NCBI GenBank assembly: GCA_963675515.1
Contig: OY776328.1
Span: forward strand, 1,980,001-2,012,000
Reading direction: 5' to 3'
From: Coprobacillaceae bacterium
Lineage (GTDB): Bacteria; Bacillota_I; Bacilli_A; Erysipelotrichales; Coprobacillaceae
DNA: 32,000 nucleotides
Shown here: in pieces, positions 26,985 to 32,000 of the stretch
Layout: the number at the start of each line of letters is the position of its first letter
Position numbering within the stretch: the first letter of the stretch is position 1
Notes under the pieces: model-generated
What the model was told of the DNA's origin: nothing
The model's input: the letters and a program-made list of their open reading frames with translations, nothing else
Database searches by the model: none
Program-made: the position numbers and the translations under genes

Positions 26985-27749
26985 TTAGAAAGCTATCCAT
27001 CCGCCATCGACAGGAATGACCGCCCCATTGATATATGAGGCAATATCGCTCGCCAGGAAGAGCGCAACCTTGGCAACATCCGAAGGTTCCCCTGGAGGGG
27101 GTGCCAGATTCAATATGCCCTGAATTTTTTGATAACCTTCCATGTTAGGCGCACCCATCGCTGCACCGATTTCGGTGTTTTGGATTGCGCCCGGTGCAAT
27201 CATATTGCAGCGAATGCCTTCTTTTTGATACATATAGGCGGTGTTTTTGCCCATGGCATTCACAGCGGCTTTCGACGCACAGTAGATAGGGCCTGCCGCC
27301 TGATGCATCGAGCCTATAGAGGAAATGTTTATGATATTGCCTCCATTTCCTTGCTGCAAAAATACCTGACAGGCTTTGCGCATGGTAGCCATCGGTCCAT
27401 ACACATTGACAGCCATTACCTTCTCAAACTTCTCGTCAGACGCGCTGGCTATTGGTGCCATGTCATCCATGACACCGGCATTGTTTACCAGCAGGTCCAG
27501 CTTGCCAAAAGCTTCGACAGCGGCATCAATCATGCCCTCTGCATCCTCACGTTTGGAAACGTCGCCTGCATAGGCTACAACTTTACCTGGCGCATCTTTC
27601 AACGAATCAACCAGTGCATCCAGACGTTCTTTGCGGCGTGCCGCAGCCACCACACTCGCTCCCTGCTGTACAAACAGCCGGACAATCTCTTCACCCATGC
27701 CTGATGAGGCTCCGGTGACAACTACTACTTTGCCTGTTAAATCGTACAT
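26985..27749 (-). CDS. Short-chain dehydrogenase/reductase (classical SDR, FabG/glucose-dehydrogenase-like)
   Basis: AAGGAGG RBS. It has the cofactor motif TGASSGMGEEI, NNAG, the catalytic S...YCASKAAV and a PG motif. 254 aa. The substrate is unknown. Confidence 0.88.
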   Translation of the reverse strand: MYDLTGKVVVVTGASSGMGEEIVRLFVQQGASVVAAARRKERLDALVDSLKDAPGKVVAYAGDVSKREDAEGMIDAAVEAFGKLDLLVNNAGVMDDMAPIASASDEKFEKVMAVNVYGPMATMRKACQVFLQQGNGGNIINISSIGSMHQAAGPIYCASKAAVNAMGKNTAYMYQKEGIRCNMIAPGAIQNTEIGAAMGAPNMEGYQKIQGILNLAPPPGEPSDVAKVALFLASDIASYINGAVIPVDGGWIAF

Positions 27750-28242
27750 ATTATGACCTCCTTGATCTAATTGTCATATATAATGATTCATACTCAACTT
27801 ATCTTCACAAATATTCTATCACAAACCTTACAATTGCTCAATCAAATATGAAAGGGCTTACTCTAAGCTTATAGACTCAAAAACCCCGTTTCTTGCCCAA
27901 CCGTCTACAAACTTGAAGGTTCAAGAAGTGATGGGTAAAACGAGGTATCGAGACAAGGTGATATCATTTATATTTCAGCCGATTTAAGACCTTTTTATTC
28001 TTAATATGCTACCCGAAAATTTTAAGTTGCGATAAAACAGTCATTTTAAGAGTCACAATAACAATATTACATAGGGTGAAACTTTATACATATTAAATTT
28101 GGCGTCAGATGCATTATTTTTTTAAGGCATATCAACCATTTCTCAAATACTTTAATATATGCTGTATTTTGAAAGATCAATTGTAGCATCCCTTCATTAC
28201 TAACCAACGACTCAAACGAATTCGCAATTATTAGCGCCCGGT

Positions 28243-29424
28243 CTATTTTTTAATTTCCAATATTGCCTGCACATTCTTTTCACCTATCCCCACCAGAAAC
28301 ATGGCCACAAAGCCGACAACAAGAATTATAATGCTGCTGTTGAAGAAAATCTGATTTACCGGCATAGTATCAATCAGGATACCGTTAATATTTGTTCCAA
28401 TGGCACCGCCTACAAACATATTAAATGATGCCATAGACATCGCAGTTCCCCTCATTTGCGGCAACAGTCCTTGTGCTGTGTTAATCAAAGTCGACTGCAG
28501 ACTAATGAAAGCCACTCCAAAACCAAACAATCCCAGACATACCAATGCAACATTATCAAAACGATAGATTAATTGAAGCGATATGGCGCCAATAACTCCT
28601 GCAAGCAATAACAACCTTGTACCGATTTTCGCTTTTATTTTTGGAATCGTTCTTCCTCCAACTACTGTCCCAACCCCAAAAAGCGATAAAATCAACCCGA
28701 CAAGAAAGACATTATAACCCGTCCCTTGTGATATTAATGTACCTGAATACGTAAAACTTCCAAATACCGAGAATCCCAGTAAAAAAACAGTTGCAACAAT
28801 TGACATGAAATTGAAGTTGCCAAGCGGTTTTTTGTAGAAACTGATAAGATCCAACTTCTCGACAACGCCCTGGTCTCTTTCAAGTAATTTGAACATTATC
28901 AAAGCAACAACTAATTCTGCCAATCCATAGGCAAAATAAACCATTCTCCAAGAACCATAATAGGAAAGCATTCCCCCAATAATGGTCGCCATAGCCCCAC
29001 CCAAGAACATCATTCCCATGACTTTTGCCAATGCCTTGTGACGTTCATTTTTGTCAAAACTCTGACCTACCAAAGCCAAGGTCACAGGGAAGATTCCTGC
29101 CCCAAAAGCCCCGTTAACCGCTCTTAAAAAGACAAGAGACGGCAGATTGAAGGCAAATATTCCCAACATCGAGAATATGGCCGTTCCAATTGATGCAATA
29201 TTGATAATCCTTACTTTACCAAAACGGTCCGACAACGGCCCAAACAACAACGTGAACGCTCCAAACGAAAGCATATATGCAGTAACTGAAGTTGCTGCCG
29301 AACTGACTGTGATACTTAGATCCTGAGCAATCTTAATTACTAATGGTGCGGCTGCATAATTATCACCATTTGCCAGAAAGGCCATCAATCCTAAAATAAC
29401 AATCATTTTTTCTTTATTCCTCAT
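28243..29424 (-). CDS. MFS transporter (12-TM, drug:H+ antiporter-like)
   Basis: The likely start is ATG 29424 (MRNKEKMIVILGLMAFLANGDNY...), after AAAGGGGAA; the track ORF starts earlier. It has the MFS motif A-like GPLSDRFGKVR between TM2 and TM3 and a hydrophobic profile throughout. Confidence 0.82.
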   Translation of the reverse strand: MRNKEKMIVILGLMAFLANGDNYAAAPLVIKIAQDLSITVSSAATSVTAYMLSFGAFTLLFGPLSDRFGKVRIINIASIGTAIFSMLGIFAFNLPSLVFLRAVNGAFGAGIFPVTLALVGQSFDKNERHKALAKVMGMMFLGGAMATIIGGMLSYYGSWRMVYFAYGLAELVVALIMFKLLERDQGVVEKLDLISFYKKPLGNFNFMSIVATVFLLGFSVFGSFTYSGTLISQGTGYNVFLVGLILSLFGVGTVVGGRTIPKIKAKIGTRLLLLAGVIGAISLQLIYRFDNVALVCLGLFGFGVAFISLQSTLINTAQGLLPQMRGTAMSMASFNMFVGGAIGTNINGILIDTMPVNQIFFNSSIIILVVGFVAMFLVGIGEKNVQAILEIKK

Positions 29425-29516
29425 CCCTATTCCCCTTTTCTTTTCATTTCTAATCATCGATCTCTTCAAATAACTCAAACAGTCAAATTCTCAAATCGAT
29501 AACTTTCAATATATTG

Positions 29517-29545
29517 ATTCTATTCCTTATATCGACAATTGTCAA
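29517..29545 (-). promoter_or_regulatory. Candidate sigma-A promoter of the MFS gene
   Basis: The minus strand reads TTGACA (29545..29540), a 17-nt spacer, then TAGAAT (29522..29517). The 10-bp palindrome GACAATTGTC (29534..29543) overlaps the -35. Confidence 0.5.
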
Positions 29546-29624
29546 TATGTATGAAAGTTTTTTTTACTATTATAAATTAAGTGTCATTAGTCGCAAATTT
29601 TTATACTTAAAGGCAACTATGATA

Positions 29625-29868
29625 GGCGCTTTGCAATTTGGTGTTGGTAGCTGCCATTAACCCTTTGCGACAACCGCTTCAAGATTGAGCTTGCCACATC
29701 AAATTTATCAGTGTTTTGAAGTATTCGTCATCCGAAATCCTCTTGCCCTGGTCTTGATGTTTTGGATAATACTGTTCATTCCTTCTGGCATGGGATTGGT
29801 GTACCTGAATCTGAAATAGTTGAGAATTTACTCCCAGTGATTGCGGGCTAACTTCGCGAATTTCTTCA
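29625..29868 (-). pseudogene. ISL3-family transposase pseudogene, 3' part plus terminal inverted repeat
   Basis: The minus strand from 29868 reads MKKFAKLARNHWE-stop-IL, then after a frameshift YFRFRYTNPMPEGMNSIIQNIKTRARGFR..., which matches the ISL3 C-terminal pattern (ILNYF...TN..EG.N..IK...R.A.GF). The element ends in GGCGCTTTGCAATTTG (29625..29640 on +), resembling the GGCTCTT-type ISL3 terminal repeat. Confidence 0.6.
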
Positions 29869-29898
29869 TCCGTAGTTCCCGGGTAGAGTTTCTAACCA
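29869..29898 (+). repeat. Left terminal inverted repeat of the IS1634-family element
   Basis: See the IS entry. It begins CC and ends with the TTCTAACCAC motif. Confidence 0.8.
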
Positions 29899-29986
29899 CT
29901 CTGCCTTTGCATTAGACTGAATACGCGGAAACCCTTATATTTACTTGATTTTTTAACTTTCGAACACTTCCTTTTTATGCCAAATG

Positions 29987-30020
29987 TGGTATAATGTGGT
30001 TAGAAGATATTTCTAACCAC
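29987..30020 (+). promoter_or_regulatory. Transposase promoter-like element plus perfect 10-bp hairpin built from the IS terminal motif
   Basis: TGGTATAAT (extended -10, 29987..29995) is immediately followed by GTGGTTAGAA (29996..30005), GATAT, then TTCTAACCAC (30011..30020). GAAGGGAG RBS and ATG 30035 follow. Confidence 0.5.
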
Positions 30021-30034
30021 GAAGGGAGAAAACC

Positions 30035-31540
30035 ATGTTTATCGCTTATGATATCAAAAACGGAATTGAATATGGCAAGGTTTGCACCTCGATCCGTGAG
30101 GGAAAGAAAGTCAAGAAAACGTATACTAATCTCGGACGAGTTCTTGATAAAGAGCGCGGAATCTTTCAGAACCGGTCACTTGGTGTGTTCACCTATTCCG
30201 TTGAAAACGGCTATGGCAAATCACCTGTGGATTTTGTACCCGATTCAAACGGAGACAGAGGAAAGATGAAACTTATCCTGGACTTCGGAGACAGCTTCTT
30301 CATCAATGAATATCTGAAGCAAACAGGCTTGGATAAAGTAGTAGATGAGATCGGATACGGAAATCCGGATACCCTAAAAGCGATGCTTTCCTACTATATA
30401 TTGTGTAACATGGCTAACTGCAACGCCATTGACTGGTTCGAAGGCAACTATGCGAGAATCCTGTATCCAAAGGCAAACCTTACCAGCCAGCGGATTAGTG
30501 ATTTTCTCACCGCTATCGGGGATGAATACTCGGAGCGTGAATTCTTCAAGGCATATTTGGAATTCCTGTTCAGTAAAGACAACACAATCAAGGAAACCGG
30601 GATACTGATTGACAGCACTGGACTTCCTAACGATATCCACTTTCCCTTGACGGCCATCAGTAACCATAACGGTCATATAAGCAATGAGGTAAGGCTGATC
30701 TATGTGACCCAGCAGGATACCGGAATGCCGATATACTTCCGTTATTGTCCAGGCAACGTCATCGATACACCCACATTGGTCAGAACCATAGCTGAGTTGA
30801 AGGAAAGTGGCGTCAACACTAAATTTGCCATTCTTGATGCCGGATACTATTCGGATGGTAATCTCCTGCACCTATATGAGAACAAGATATCATTCGTCAC
30901 AAGACTTAAGGAAAACCTGAAGCTATACAAGCACCTGGTAAACAACCATCTCGATGGCATCCAGGATAAAGAGAATTTCGTAAGCTATAACAGCCGTTAT
31001 GCCTATATCAAACGGGTTGAGTGCGAACTTGTTGAAGGTTACACCGGATATGCCTACATCGGTCTTGACCTTGATCGGAAATCGAGCGAAAGCCATAAGT
31101 TGTTCCAGAAGGCAAAAGATCAAAAACTCAGTGATGAAGACGTTTACGAGAAGATGAAAAACAAAGGAATATTCATTTTGGTCTCATCGAGACGCATAGC
31201 GAAGGATAAAATCCTGCCGCTTTACTATACCCGGCAACAGGTTGAACAAATTTTCGACATCAGCAAGAACTATGCGGATCTATTGCCCTTGCGAGTGCAA
31301 AATGAGAACACCTTCAGAGGCCACCTGTTGTTAACGTTCATCGCAACTGTGTTCTGTAAGATGGTTCAAGACAAGCTGAAGGGTACCAAAATGAATCCTC
31401 AATCCTTGTTCCTGAACCTGCGAAACCAAAAATGCAAAGTATATGATAATGCTGTAATCACTCAAGAAGCTTTCAAGAAGGCGAATGACTGTTACAAAGC
31501 ATTCGGTATTGAATGCCCGGTCAGAATACCGAAAACCTGA
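30035..31540 (+). CDS. IS1634-family (IS4-related DDE) transposase
   Basis: 501 aa. The N-terminus MFIAYDIKNGIEYGKVCTSIREGKKVKKTYTNLGRVLDKE fits the IS1634 pattern of a basic N-terminal DNA-binding region. Candidate DDE positions are IDSTGLP, ILDAGYYS and a C-terminal TFRGHLLLTFIA segment. It is bracketed by the IRs. Confidence 0.8.
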   Translation: MFIAYDIKNGIEYGKVCTSIREGKKVKKTYTNLGRVLDKERGIFQNRSLGVFTYSVENGYGKSPVDFVPDSNGDRGKMKLILDFGDSFFINEYLKQTGLDKVVDEIGYGNPDTLKAMLSYYILCNMANCNAIDWFEGNYARILYPKANLTSQRISDFLTAIGDEYSEREFFKAYLEFLFSKDNTIKETGILIDSTGLPNDIHFPLTAISNHNGHISNEVRLIYVTQQDTGMPIYFRYCPGNVIDTPTLVRTIAELKESGVNTKFAILDAGYYSDGNLLHLYENKISFVTRLKENLKLYKHLVNNHLDGIQDKENFVSYNSRYAYIKRVECELVEGYTGYAYIGLDLDRKSSESHKLFQKAKDQKLSDEDVYEKMKNKGIFILVSSRRIAKDKILPLYYTRQQVEQIFDISKNYADLLPLRVQNENTFRGHLLLTFIATVFCKMVQDKLKGTKMNPQSLFLNLRNQKCKVYDNAVITQEAFKKANDCYKAFGIECPVRIPKT

Positions 31541-31543
31541 TAT

Positions 31544-31573
31544 GTGGTTAGAAAAACCACCCGGGAACTAAGG
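31544..31573 (-). repeat. Right terminal inverted repeat of the IS1634-family element
   Basis: See the IS entry. It starts 3 nt after the transposase TGA. Confidence 0.8.
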
Positions 31574-32000
31574 TTCATTGGTTCGAGTCTGGAATGGATC
31601 ATCCATGAGCACAGTTTTTTGAGTCCTCTGGTTGCCTCTTCAACGGTGTCGCTGGATTCATAAACGTCTTGTAGTGCGGAGCGCATATTGTAGGCTCTGG
31701 CTGTCTTTAGGTTTAACTTGGCTAAATCAAATTTCTTCTGCTTTTGATTATCGGTCAAGTTACTCTCATTATTTAGCCAGATGTATTTGTTTTCTTTAAT
31801 AAGAAATTGGTGCGGACTTCTTTTTTGCGGACTTTGTCTACTGCCTCGTTGGCTTGTTTTACTCCATGTAATTTATCGAAAACAGTATGGCTGTTTTTGA
31901 AATTTCCTCTGATGCCTTTTTTGAAGCCTAACGACATGTCGCAGGTAATGATGTTGATAAGATCGGGATCACCGCCATGTTATTTGAAGTCCACGACGAA
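31574..32000 (-). pseudogene. ISL3-family transposase pseudogene, central part (continues beyond the window)
   Basis: The minus strand from 32000 reads FVVDFK-stop-HGGDPDLINIITCDMSLGFKKGIRGNFKNSHTVFDKLHGVKQANEAVDKVRKKEVRTNFLLKK. After a frameshift it reads KYIWLNNESNLTDNQKQKKFDLAKLNLKTARAYNMRSALQDVYESSDTVEEATRGLKKLCSWMIHSRLEPM. This shows the ISL3 DDE_Tnp pattern (DMS...FDKxH...VR). At least one stop and one frameshift are visible. Confidence 0.65.

Larger units (their letters stand above)
29869..31573 (+). mobile_element. IS1634-family insertion sequence (1,705 bp) nested in the ISL3 pseudogene
   Basis: The 30-bp terminal inverted repeats match at 26/30 positions: 29869..29898 CCGTAGTTCCCGGGTAGAGTTTCTAACCAC, and the reverse complement of 31544..31573, CCTTAGTTCCCGGGTGGTTTTTCTAACCAC. 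It is flanked by the 5-bp direct repeat TTCAT (29864..29868 and 31574..31578). It carries one transposase ORF. Removing the IS plus one TTCAT rejoins the ISL3 reading frame (SRLEPM-KKFAKLARNHWE). Confidence 0.85.

Noticed and set aside
26886-27881. The 11-mer TAGACTCAAAA on both sides of the SDR gene as a possible direct repeat of an inserted cassette.
   Set aside because: Identical 11-mers are expected many times by chance among all position pairs in 32 kb, and the similarity does not extend beyond the 11-mer.
29534-29543. The palindrome GACAATTGTC over the MFS -35 as a repressor operator.
   Set aside because: A 10-bp palindrome is expected dozens of times by chance, and no TetR/MarR-type regulator gene is adjacent. 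It is kept only as a note in the promoter feature.

Overview
The window looks like chromosomal DNA from a low-GC Gram-positive strict anaerobe (Bacillota, possibly Erysipelotrichia-like; the taxon is a guess). Most genes are on the minus strand in tightly packed operons, and nearly every transcription unit ends in a recognisable rho-independent hairpin. Positions 1-22.4 kb are ordinary core genome. They hold an oxygen/peroxide defence set (tpx, rubredoxin, flavodiiron protein, rhodanese) around tRNA-Val/tRNA-Glu and the class III ribonucleotide reductase nrdDG. Next come an ABC-F ATPase with pdxK, and a REC-like/degenerate-GGDEF/EAL protein. After that is a phasin-like/UbiB-ABC1 kinase/CobO-like operon, then a five-gene operon (HAD, xth, AI-2E permease, degenerate GGDEF, stand-alone Hpt). 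The core stretch ends with corA, a small ArpU-like protein, a Cys-based phosphatase, a lipoprotein cyclophilin and an archaeal-type proS. Positions 22.4-32 kb are accessory-like and hold the most interesting object. A GH1 6-phospho-beta-glucosidase gene is split by a complete 2,590-nt group II intron with 5' GUGCG, domain V, a domain VI bulged A and an RT-maturase-HNH ORF. The intron sits inside the codon of the catalytic acid/base glutamate (TFN|E|INN). Conceptual splicing restores an uninterrupted 478-aa enzyme. The intron-encoded protein is itself broken by a 1-nt frameshift in the RT-4 PQGG motif, next to a 23-nt perfect palindrome. Downstream lie an SDR oxidoreductase and an MFS transporter separated by ORF-free AT-rich spacers. 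After these, a 1,705-bp IS1634-family element (30-bp imperfect IRs, 5-bp TSD) is nested inside a decayed ISL3-family transposase pseudogene. I saw no CRISPR array, rRNA, prophage or recognisable defence operon, and I cannot point to a convincing wholly novel multi-gene system. All calls come from reading the sequence and the ORF track; no searches were run.
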